Below are positions 26,384 through 38,948 of a DNA stretch of 64,000 bases, piece after piece. The position numbers were made by a program, and so were the translations under genes. This DNA is from Chrysomallon squamiferum (taxonomy: Eukaryota > Animalia > Mollusca): positions 28,582,001 to 28,646,000 of the forward strand of contig CM022671.1 of assembly GCA_012295275.1 (NCBI GenBank), read 5' to 3'. Each line of letters begins with the position of its first letter. Within the stretch, counting starts at the first letter, position 1. Below the pieces are notes generated by a model. The model was not told the origin of the DNA, ran no database searches, and was given only the letters and a program-made list of their open reading frames with translations.

Positions 26384-28349
26384 TCATGACTGCTTCAGCT
26401 CTCCTCCTATCTTGTAGCCAGATATAATAATTTTGTGCCAGTCAATCTTTGTCCTCGTAACTGGTAACTGTCTTCGCAAGGCTTTAAATGTGGTGTCAGA
26501 CATGGTCTGGTAGTTTTCAGACAATGCCGTCTGTTGGAGAAAAATATAAAAATATAAGTAATAATTTATTGAGAGATTATGTATTATGATCGAATGAGAA
26601 TATTTTCAAATATACAAAGGTAACCCATATGTATTTACATGCATTCACACGTTACTGAAAAGTTTTTTTTTTCTTTCTGACTTACATACCTGGTATTCAT
26701 TCTCAGTTTCAGACAAAATATTAACAAAATTCTTGGCTGTTTGTTGTTCATTCTGCAAAATAGAAATATATAAATGGGATTGAAAAAAAGAAATACAATA
26801 GTTATTTAAGTCAATTAACATATTTCAACAGTGGGTATTTATTAGGCAAAATAAAAAGGTTATGCAAAAAAGAACATTTCTGTGTTTATTTGACTTAAAT
26901 TATATATACATTCTGCATAAATAAATGTCAAGAAAAAAAAAGAAAAAAGTATATGTAATTAGTATACTTACGGATACATTCAATTTGGAACTAGTTTCTT
27001 TTGAACTAACTAACTGCACATTTCCATCTTCATAATAGTGAACCTGCATAAACAATATTTTATAGATTAAATAATAATTCTCTGTGAAACAATTACTTTA
27101 TTTTTTAAATTTAAAAACAAACAAAAGAAAAATAAAACCCTATTTTTTCTTTGTATTCAAAGAATGTTATACAACATCTCTTTCTCGATTTTGAAGTTAA
27201 TTATAACAGTCAAACTACAAATCATTTACACATGCTTTCCAACAATACATTCCATAAATCATACACTTGAAAAGAATACACTTGGTTTAGATCATGTTAA
27301 AGGCAGAGTGAATGCTTCTACGAAAGCCCAATAACAAATGATTACCTGCACTCTTAGAACGCCCTTCAGTTCAGCTGATCCCCCGGATGAAGAAAATGTG
27401 GTTGACCACTGAGACCTCCACCTGCCGTTCCTGAGAGTAAAAATAAAAAATCTGACAGACTGAATTATGGTGCAAATATCAAATAAGCTTGTTTAACATA
27501 AACATGACATTTAAGGAAAAACTGAATTTACAAAAGGCCACAGTTTTTATTTAAAGACAGATGATTATACTTTATTTTCCTATTTTAATAATGATTGAAC
27601 AAAAGCATACCATCTAGTATTTACTGTGGGTAAAGTTATAATGAAGCTCATTTTTATTTTTAATCTGAAAAAATGGTGGAGTTTTCTATGCAATTACATA
27701 AATCAAAATCACATTCCAGTTTGGCAATATAAATTCAATTAATGTCAGAACAGAACAATTCAGCAATACATTTTACAGTGAACAATTTTTTTCATTGACT
27801 ACATACCAGTATTGCCTAGCTTGGAAATGGTGACTTTCTAGACAGACAGTTATGGTAATGTCACTGCCTGAACTGCTGCCATACACAGTGCAGATTCCAT
27901 GTTCGTAGTAGGTCGCAGTGTAAGCTGTAACAGCCGACTCAATGGCTGCCCGCCATGGCTCTGCTTTCTGGTCAATGTCTGCTTTCTGAAAGTCACTGGC
28001 CTCTTTACGTAAATGGTCATATCTAAATGAAACCAATAAAACAACACTAACAACAACAGCAACAAGCAACAACAACAATAAACAATCACTATAATAAAAA
28101 AAAAAAAAAAAATGACATTTTTATCAACAGATTGTAGAAAAATGGCTTTTAACATAAACACAAAATGTTATTAAGATGAAATACAAGTCTTCCAAGGAAA
28201 AAAGGCCTGTTAGTCATATAAGGTCCAAATTTAAAATATAACCAGGATCAAGATTCAAACACACTGTTATAATTTAAATGAAAATGATTGCATAAATTTT
28301 CTAATATTGTGCAAATATATTTAAGCAAAATTCACCAAAACTTTGGATC

Positions 28350-28385
<36 letters not shown>

Positions 28386-31300
28386 CAATCATTACAATGT
28401 ATTAATGTCTGCTGTTTTCATAACTTCCTACCTGAAGCTCTGTTTGGTACGAGGATCCAAGTATCGACCACCACCAAGGTCACCATATTCTGTGATCAGT
28501 GCCTGGAATGAAACATTAGAAAATTATTCTGAAATTCTTAGGTATCATAAGTTGACAAATAAAATATTTGAAATAAGTCAAAAAAGCAAAAAGCATAATC
28601 ATTTTATTATCTTCAGCTTTCATAACATGCATTCATAAATTGTGAAAAACAGACTGCCTTAATTACTCTCTCTCATTCAAACCCACACATTATAACCCAT
28701 CTCGCTTTCCCTCTCAAATACACAGTTCTCTCCCTTACACTCTCAAACACACACCCATCTTCTCAAATATACATATTACTAATAACAAAATATATAAAAA
28801 TAACAGCATAGTCATATTTTCTAAATACTTGGTATTCTGATCCCTCTATTTTGCATGGTGTAAACTGGTCTCTGTTATACTGGGCAAAAGCACTGAAAAA
28901 ACAAAATGTTAATTTTTAAATTTAAGTTTAAAGTTATTTGATAGGACAAATCAAACAATTTGTTTAAAATTAATTGTAGTAGATATAACATGATAAAATG
29001 AAGTCAATATCACTTGAGTTTTCAACTGTATCAATTATTTTTGTGGGTATAAAATACAATTATTAATTTAATAAATATGATAAATCTAAGGAAACATACC
29101 CAGAAGCACCTTCTTTCAGCAAATTATCATCATTGACTAAAATTCTGACATCTGAAATATAATTTTAAAAATAATAACAAAATCACACAATACTTTCAAT
29201 CTCACATGTATTTTTCGAAGTATTTCTGAGTATTTCTCATTAAATATTTGTTATTATTGTTTATTTATTATTTTTATTTTTAAATGTGTCTGAAAATAGT
29301 TCATTTGACCAAAGTCTTACCCATGTAGAAATGTGGAAGACAGTGTCAGTGTATTAATATAATAGAATGGGTTACATAACAACTAGGTGCATTGTAAAAG
29401 AAAATATATTTTTTTCAAATTCGTCATCCAACATCATACACCATATCAGAAAATTCAATTTGTTTGATTAGAAAATGTAATAACTGTTACATTATTGTAA
29501 AGTAATCAAAGCTACTAATACACATTTCATTCTTACCATTAAATACTTCATTGAATTCTCCCGGTGGTGCATGAAGAATAAAGTTGGATGCTATTCTCAC
29601 CTGAAATTTATAAAATAAATAAATTACATTTTGTCAATTATTTAAAAATTTATATAACATTTATGGTGAATTTAAAACTAGGAAAACTATTATTTATTAT
29701 TATTACTACTATTTTTTATTTTTTATTTTTAATAAATATATCCATCACTCTCCATAACCTAAAAAAATAATAATAATAATAATAAAAAAAATAAAACAAA
29801 AAAAATAAAATAAATATATAAATAAAAACCAGAAAATTAGAGTTCATTACCAAATTACCCAAATACATGTAACTGTCATTTTTTAATTGATGTCAGTAAA
29901 TCATTGGCCTAGATTTATTCATGATAATCAGCAGCACAATAATAACACAAGTTAGATAAATATAGCATAAATGTTAAACACCAACACAGATACACTTATT
30001 CAGTTTTCAATCGTGACCTGGAAACAATTTACCATTTGCTTTCCATTTAAATGCACCTGCAATCTGAACTATGACATTTGATAAACAAATACCAAAACTG
30101 AATGATACCAGTCACAAAGTAATATTTATTTATGTGTGTTTTGTTTTGTTTAGGTCCCCCACCACACTTTCCTTTGGGAGCATAATTTGAAATATGTTAC
30201 AGTATGCCTGCATGGTCAAGATCATTTCTTTCTCAAGTAAAAAAAAAAGAGCACAACAAAATCACAGAGAATAATCCAATCCTTTGTTGAACTAGCAAGC
30301 TTCAGATGTGTGTTTTTGGAAGGTACACATGGACAGAACAACAAAGGCCAGCCTAAAAAAAATGTCACATGAACTACACTGCTTGCTGTCAGTGGTGATC
30401 CAGTGAAATATTTACCAACATTTACCATTTAAATCTCAAAAATGTTCATTTTGTATAATGACCAGTGGCTTGAAGCAAATGTAATAAATTAATTAAATTT
30501 TATCTTTTATACTTCTTAACGCAAACATTATGTTTCAGTTAAAAGAACATCTTATTTCATTTCATTTCATTTCATTTTATTTTATTTTGCTGTCTGTAGT
30601 ACAGACTTTCTTTTAAGATTAATACATCAGAACCTAATGTTTCCAGTTTGGAAGAAATTTTATGGATTTAGCAAGCTAATTTTTTGCTAATTTCAAAGAA
30701 AGTGGTCTGGAAATATTTATCTTGAAGATCTTCTTTAGGAATTTGTGTTTATCAAACAGGAAGTGCCTCTGGTGCACATGTCCTGACCAGCACATTTCTA
30801 TCAGTTTAGGGTAATTACATTTAGGGCTAGGCTAATAAATTGCAATCTTCATTTTTAGTTCTTTTTCACTCTTTTTAGCAGAGTCAAGAAAAATGATACT
30901 GAAATGCAGCATATATCCCACGTGGAATAACAAGCGTGTTTTAACAACAACATTTAAATTTACGTAAAATATATATATACCTGGCTTCACACATATACAC
31001 AAACAAAATATTTAATCTATCTCAGTATCTCTGAAAATAGGTTTCCATAACAGTTCCCTGAATAATTTGGCAGTGCTTTTCTTTTTGTTTTCTCTAACAG
31101 CACATGATATATTCATGCTAACCGAAAGTTTCCAGACTGCAGCTAACATGCTGAAGTTCACCAGAGTACATGCTAGGTTTTAATTTTCTATAAAACTAAA
31201 ATACATTTGATGAACAGCAGTTTGGAAATTTAAAATGCTTTAAATTAAAAATGAAGCAGTTGTCTGAATATATTATGATGCCTTTTTTTCATAAAACCAT

Positions 31301-32540
31301 GTATAAATATCTATATGTGAAGTTTCAAATGATGCAAACCTTTATCTCTAAATAGTATTTTACACAACTGTAATTATTTTGAACACGATACACTCATAAT
31401 CATATAGTTCTACCAACTTGCTGATATTATTTATAGCAACTGAATTATATGAAGTTGGAAAAAGTATTTGAACTATTAATATTGTTTATCATGTTAAATC
31501 TTGGGAAGAATTTGTCTGTGATATATTACAGAATAATTAAGCACACATAAATTGGTATCATCATTATCCACAAAACCACGTGACTATAACATTTTGCTTT
31601 TATTAGTTATCTATTCCCTGTTTACTTTGTCAATTATAAATATTGTGTAATTATACATTGTAATGAGCAAACATTTAATACCATACAGTATTCTGCAACA
31701 CTATCTGAAAGTTACTCATTTCATATTTACCTGATCATTGTAATATTTTATGAAATCAAACAACAATCATTAATAATAAATCTATATATTTAAACATGTT
31801 ACATTAAATCTGGTACAATTCTCATTTTTGTCACTTATTAAAAGACATGCATTATCAAAAATAAAACTGTTATATCACTATTACTTAATGTCTGATCCAG
31901 GTTATACCTTTTATGGTAATGTTTCTTTATCAATAAATGAATCAACTTTATTAAGCATATATAATTATATTATATTTATAAATACAATTAAGTCATATTC
32001 AAAATGAAACTCATGTCTGAAATAATACCAAAAATTGTTCTGTATATCACAAACACCTTAATAACGCCTTAGAAAACTATTTTAAAAAGATTAAAAATAA
32101 TAAATATTATTAAAATAGGCCAAATAACTCAAAATCAAATCATGGATTTCTCGCTAGAGCAGGTTTCAAAACTTACTAATAACTAATATTTTGCCTTACC
32201 AATGAAAACAAAACATGAAATTATTATCATTTATGACCTTCACTGTCAAGGAGAAAATATGAATAAAGGTGTCACCATGTTGTGACAAAATTTCTCTAAT
32301 ATTGAATGGGGAACAAAATTGATTAACGGGAAGGCGGAAGTGCACATGTTGGCATGGACCCACCCACCGACTCATATCATTTTTAACTGTATTTGACCCT
32401 AAAACAATTCCAAATCTAACTATCCTACATATTCCATTTACAAAAACTAAAAAATATGTACTTAGTCAACGAAAGGACCCTAAAATAAAACAATTTACCC
32501 GTTCGGCGTCAGAAATCGATTCTTCGTCCAAAGCCGACAT
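26384..32540 (-). CDS. CAPZA: F-actin capping protein subunit alpha, 291 aa
   Basis: Ten exons: 32540-32499, 29600-29537, 29151-29100, 28892-28829, 28502-28432, 28022-27807, 27430-27346, 27043-26972, 26752-26690, 26530-26384. All introns GT-AG, phases compatible, 876 nt in total. Hallmark motifs: [79 protein letters not shown]. Confidence 0.97.
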
Positions 32541-32807
32541 TTTGGATACTGACAAACAACGCTGCTGCGAGATCAAATATATAAATTTCTTTAAAAAAAA
32601 AAAAAAATATTACATCTTTTTGCAATTTCTTTTATATAATTTAAAATTATAAATCAGTGAGTAAGTAATTCATATTTATTTAGACTTTGGTTTTGTTAAA
32701 GTGGCTTCCTCCAAGGGAAACAACTCTCGTAAAAAGCTTCCTTGACAACTTTGGTTTAGTGGATGAATATTATTTATTAATCTGTAAAAATTCTGAATGT
32801 GTAAGAG
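32541..32807. promoter_or_regulatory. Bidirectional CAPZA/NICN1 promoter (267 bp between start codons) with a candidate RFX X-box
   Basis: Divergent ATGs at 32540 (-) and 32808 (+). GCTTCCTTGACAAC at 32736-32749 fits the relaxed X-box consensus RYYNYYWWRRNRAC. An ETS site GGCGGAAGTG lies nearby at about 32333. Confidence 0.7.
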
Positions 32808-34482
32808 ATGACTGAAAAGCCATTGCACAGTTCAGTAAAAAATCCAGTTACACTGACTGTTGGCGATCCTAAGATAGAATTTAATTCCGGATGCAAAATA
32901 ATTGATATTACATTCCCAAATGTTTTGCACCCTGAGGTAGGTGTTGGAAGAGAATAGTACAGGATAATTATAATTAAAAAAAACTAATACTACTAATTAC
33001 GGAAACATGAAATTAATTGTGTCAGTATTAGTATATTAAAATAAGTAAATAAAAAAATATATATTTGTTTGAATATTATAAGACTGGATGTTACCCAGCC
33101 TTCTGGATTTTCCAGTTTTCCAGATAAAGGCACAATATAGTCTTTAAATATAAAATTAACAATGAAAAGTAACACACTTCTAAAACTTTTTAGCTGAAAA
33201 CAGATAAATAGTCTGGTACCCATATTGTTGTCACCTAACTTAAATAATTTATAATTCTACCATTTTGGAATCATCTGTGTACATTCATAAATTCATAAAT
33301 TTAACTCTGTTCAGATATTATTTCTATCTACAGTAACAGAAGGCCTATATTTAACTTAAATAAAATATTATATATGAGTCTGAACAAATCATAAAATCAT
33401 TTCTGCTTATGCCATTATACTTATAATTCAGGTTAACAATGAAAAAAAATATCACTTTGAATAGAATAGTGGAAATATTTTTCATTATTCTATGAAGCAT
33501 TATTAAGATCATATAATTATGGAACAATATAAGATACTTCATATCTTTTTTCTTAATTTTTTGCATTCATTAAAATAAATAAAATCATGAATATATCATA
33601 ATCATAAATATGTAATATAATATGTATATTTGAATAATGCAAAACTGAAATTTATTCTTTTTCTCATTCTACTTTTTTTTCTTTTTTTTTGTTGTTGTTG
33701 TCATTGACATTAAATAAGAATGCATTAACAATGCACATACATTAGGCAGATATAGAAAAACTTACAAATATATTAATTATTCAACAAAAGGACCTTGAAA
33801 TGGTTTATATTTTTGGTGTTAGACATCAAAAGTACAAAAAGTGATACTAACACAATTCATTACTTGAATTGGTTACATTTTACACAGTTTATTTTAGAAC
33901 ATTCAAAGAAAAATATGAGATTTATTTTCAAGATTGGAAATTTAATTTTTTTACAAAATCATGTTCGATCCATATTTAGATTATATACATAATACAACAT
34001 TTTTTTTTTTTTTTTAAATGTTTTTTGCTTTTTATTATTCTAACTTTGCTTCTACCATTATAAAGGATACATGTACTGAGGTATGCATTTTTGCAATTTA
34101 ATTTGGTATTTTAATTTTGTCACAAATTGTATCTATCTCACTCTCATTTTTTTCAATTATTATTATTATTTTTTTCAAATATGTTCTTTATTACTACTCA
34201 TTTTTGTTTGGTACTTTCATGGAACCTAAGCTGGCATTATTTTACTCAAGTAGAAAATGTCACATAAAATCATTCTGTAAATAATATTATTTTAACCAAG
34301 AGCACTTTAAGTTAATTACTGCTGCCGTTGTTTCATGAAATCAAAATCTACACACTTTTAGCTAATAAATACACAGTATTTCCAAAGAAAGTAAAGGATA
34401 TTTAATGCAACTATAAATTTATAGAAATTTTATTTTTCTCCTTCATATCTGATTCAGTTTTCATTTAAAGCATGTGTAATTT

Positions 34483-34529
<47 letters not shown>

Positions 34530-34661
34530 TATATACAATTAACAAACAATGCAGTTAATACATATTTTCTAAATGATATGAGGCATTTGTACTAATGCTA
34601 TTTTAACTGATATTTTACAAAACACTGTAATATTTAAATAATAATAATAATAATGATAATA

Positions 34662-34702
<41 letters not shown>

Positions 34703-35267
34703 TTATAAAAATCAAGATTTGAGTGTATAAACTATAATGAACATATATGTATATATTTATAGCATCAGGTACATGTAAGTAGAAAGTAATTTTACTCTTA
34801 AATAAGCTCATTTTCTTTACTGTATTTACTTACATCTACTTATATATCTTACACAGTCTTTATAGAAAATTTATTTATATTCCATATAATATTGCAGCCC
34901 TGCCTTTATTTCCATCAGTGCCATTTTCACGAAAATGTTTAATTAATTTTAATTTTCTATTTTCCATGTAAATGTTGATACATTATTATTTTTTTATTAC
35001 AACTTCAAAGTGTAACCAACTTAACAGGCCTAAAATAAAGATTTAAAAAAGTGCTATTGTTTGCTCAAAAGAATATCTTAATACGTAATCTCATTTATTA
35101 AATTAAAACCTTTTTTCTTGAGTAGTTTATGTTTATTAGTGTATTGCATGTTTAGAAAGAATGTTATCAAATATTGTTCTTTATGAGCTGTACTGGCCTT
35201 AAAGCTGTATCTGCTAGCCTGTTAAAAAGAATGAAAAAAACAAATGAAAGTATAGGCCATTTTTTTT

Positions 35268-35331
<64 letters not shown>

Positions 35332-38300
35332 TTACTGTTTTGCACATTTATTTTTTATTATTATTATTATTATTTTAAATTTTAAAAAATTTTTGGCTTG
35401 TGCATCACATGCATGTTTTATATGTAGATTTAACATATTCTATCTCAGATTGCTTTCTACTTAATTTCTTTAAAGATAAGTGGTTGCAAATTTTGTCTAT
35501 CCTTATTTTTATTTAATATTTTTATTTTGTATTTTCTGTAGCATTGTGTTTGTTTTGTTATCATCATCATTATCATTATTATTTTCATCATCATTATCAT
35601 CATCATCATCATCATTATTATTATTATTATCATTATTATTATTATTATTATTATTACAGCTGTTCACATTCTGGGTGAAATGGACAAATACATTGCTTTC
35701 ATTATATGTTAAACAAATGATATTGTTATATTACTTTCCTTTTGTGGAGGACATTATTACTTTTTTTCACTGCTGTTTGAAATAGTTTGTTGATATTTTT
35801 GTCATAGAAATCAATATGTAACTAATATTATCACATGTATTTCAGATTAGTAAATTTTTATTATTTATTTTATTTGTTTTTTAAATGAACATTGAGTGCT
35901 TTTAACGAAGCATGTCTTAGAATTTAATTTTTTTTTTTTTTTTTTTTTTATAGCTTACCATTAGATGTAATTACATAGGAACTAAATATTTTTTTAGATT
36001 TTTTTTTTTTTTTTCGGTGACTAATTGTTTTCTAACAATAAACAATAACATAAAATATCAATGGAGCTAACTTCTTCATTTTTTATTGTGATATCATTTT
36101 GAACACAGAAATTTAAAAAAAAAAAAAATTCTCCATGGGTTAAGATTGTTTGAATTAATTGTGATAACAAGGAAAATGTCAGGCCACGAATTTCCAGTTT
36201 TCTGTTTTATTTTTATATTTTAATATTACTTGAAAATGTACATAATGTTTAAGTTTTTCTTTAACAACAGAAAACATAATTTCTTTTAATTAAAATATTT
36301 ATTAACACATATTTATCCATTCTTTAAAATTTTTGTATCTATTTTTTTTATCACTCTGCAATCATCATTCAAAATAAATATCATTTATGTTAATTATAAC
36401 ATTAAATAATGTAAGAATTGAATACATCTAATGAAAGTATTTACATATTTACATGTCTTATTTATTTTATTTTATTTTATTGCTGTGATTATTTTTTTGT
36501 TGTTTTATTAAATATAACAGGATGCTGCAGACAAGGTAAGATGACTATTTGTGAAAAAATGCTGCTGTTATAATTTTATTTGTTAGATCCTTTAAAAAAC
36601 TGCTTACTGCAGTTAGTTTGTACTATTGTTGTTTTTCATGTGTTGAAGTTTGCTTTGAAGGGCAGTTCCAGATAAAAAAAAAAACACCAAAACTATAGAT
36701 TTAGTCAGTAAAAGTTATTATTAGTTTTGCAAATAGTTGCAAATGCAAATGAATACATAGAACAGATACACCACCCTCTTTTCAATAGTATGAAAATCGT
36801 TTGTGTTGGTTATTTTTATTATTATGTTTTTATTATTATTATGATTATTATTGTTGTTGTTGTTGTTGTTGTAAAGACCATTAATTTTAAATTTTAATCA
36901 GTATGTTTGTGATCAGGAAATATAAAGAATTAAAAATCAATTTGTCTTGTGATGATACACTGAGACACCTAATATGTATTTCTAATTATTAATATCTTCA
37001 TAATAAAGTAAATAAACTGCGGAACCCCACACAAACCAGATTCATCTAAAACCAGAAGGTTAACTTTTTAATTAAATAAGTATTATTGTGTGATGTATTT
37101 TTTTTTTATGCAAGTGTTCAGAATTTCACAGGTGTACATCATAATATACATATATATTTTCACAGAAGACCAATTTTTGCTAAGTTTTTAAATCAAAATG
37201 TATAGTGGAATATTCCTACTGCATTTTCGTTACGTCACAGATGATGAAAGGTTTCCAGCAGTAGTATTGTAAACAACCATTGTTGTATCATAATGATACA
37301 CATTTTAAACTTATTTTCGTCTCATTAAATAAATACATCTTAAGATAATTAAATAGCGACTTGGTTCTATACTGATTAATAATAAATGTACGGGCATTTA
37401 ATTGTTTTTGTGTGTAAATCAATAGTCAACACCTACACCATTTTCTTTTGTTGTTGAATCAATGACAGTGATGTATAAATAGAAAGAGATAATTAAAGTG
37501 TGCAGATGGAAAACAAAATAATTTTTATATTACAAGCACAATGCAGGCTTCTGTGATTTCAGTATTTAAATGAAGATGTTTTAGAGGATGGAACATAATT
37601 GTTAAATAATTTTAATCCAAAACTTTTTATTTATTTACATCCTGAATTAAGCAGATATGACAATTTTAACTGATTTTAATTATTTCTAAACAGAATTGAT
37701 AATTGCGGATGCCTTGAATATTCATTATAACAGTCATTAAATATTAAATGTATGTATGTATGTATGTATGTATATATATATATATTTTCATATATATATA
37801 ATTTTATATCCTTGTTTGTGATCACAGTATCACTGTATTAGTTGCAAACTCATACATATCTTTTAGAAGAAAACTGATTTAATCTGAAAAAATATATTTT
37901 TTTAAAGTTTTATTTGTCATCATCATCTTTCATCTTCTTCTTCTTATTATTATTATATTAAATAAATATCTTAATTACTATTATCTACATATTATTATGT
38001 ATGTATATCATTTCACTGTCTGTCCTTTATTAGACACAGTTACTTGTATCTACCAGTAGTATACAGTTTGCAAAATGTGTTTTTAAACAAAACGGTTTTC
38101 AGACTCACAGAGGTTGACAGATTCCTTAGCCTTGATTAAGAATTATTTATTAATATCAGTAGACTGTATCAAGTCCATTTAGCTTTCTTTTCTTTTAGCT
38201 GTTTAGATATTAATAATTTAAAAAATAATAATAATTAATAACTGAAGCAGGTAGAGACTAATAATTAAGTAAATAGATGAGTTAGTTTTATTTTACGTTC

Positions 38301-38893
38301 AAAAGCTCAGATCTGATTTTACATTTAATACATGAATAAGCTCATGATTGCTTTGTAAGAGACATTTTATTTACAAGCATACATAAAAACATATACATAC
38401 ATACATAGTAGTATTTCAATAGATTTTTCAGACTACATTGATAAAACTAACTCTCCCTCTTTTTCTCGTTTATTATTTTTTAATTTTTTATTATTATAAT
38501 TTTTTATTTATTTATTTATTTATTGTATTTTATTTTATTTTATTTTTTCCCCTACAAAGCAGCTTCTTTCTCGATTTGGCCTTTTCTCTTTATTTTTATT
38601 TTTATTTTTTCAATCTTAATAATTTTAGTTAATTAGATATGAGTGGGATAATGAGTAGATTTTATATTTTGATTTCAGCCAGAACATAGAGAAGCAGAAT
38701 GTAGTGGAACGAAAGCCTGCTTAGTTAGATTCAGTCATTTTGTCATGTTTTGTTCCGCTTTGTCAGTCAGATCTTTACACAGTCATGTTAAATGTAGTTT
38801 AATAGAAAATACTTCTTTTTAAATCTAAATCATAACAGCATTTGCTTGTATCGAAGTGTTCACCTAGCCTGGGTCATCATGACAACAATAAGA

Positions 38894-38948
<55 letters not shown>

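Noticed and set aside
36945-37380. Possible intronic C/D-box snoRNA (RTGATGA ... CTGA words)
   Set aside because: Box spacing is implausible, with no terminal stem or recognisable rRNA antisense element.
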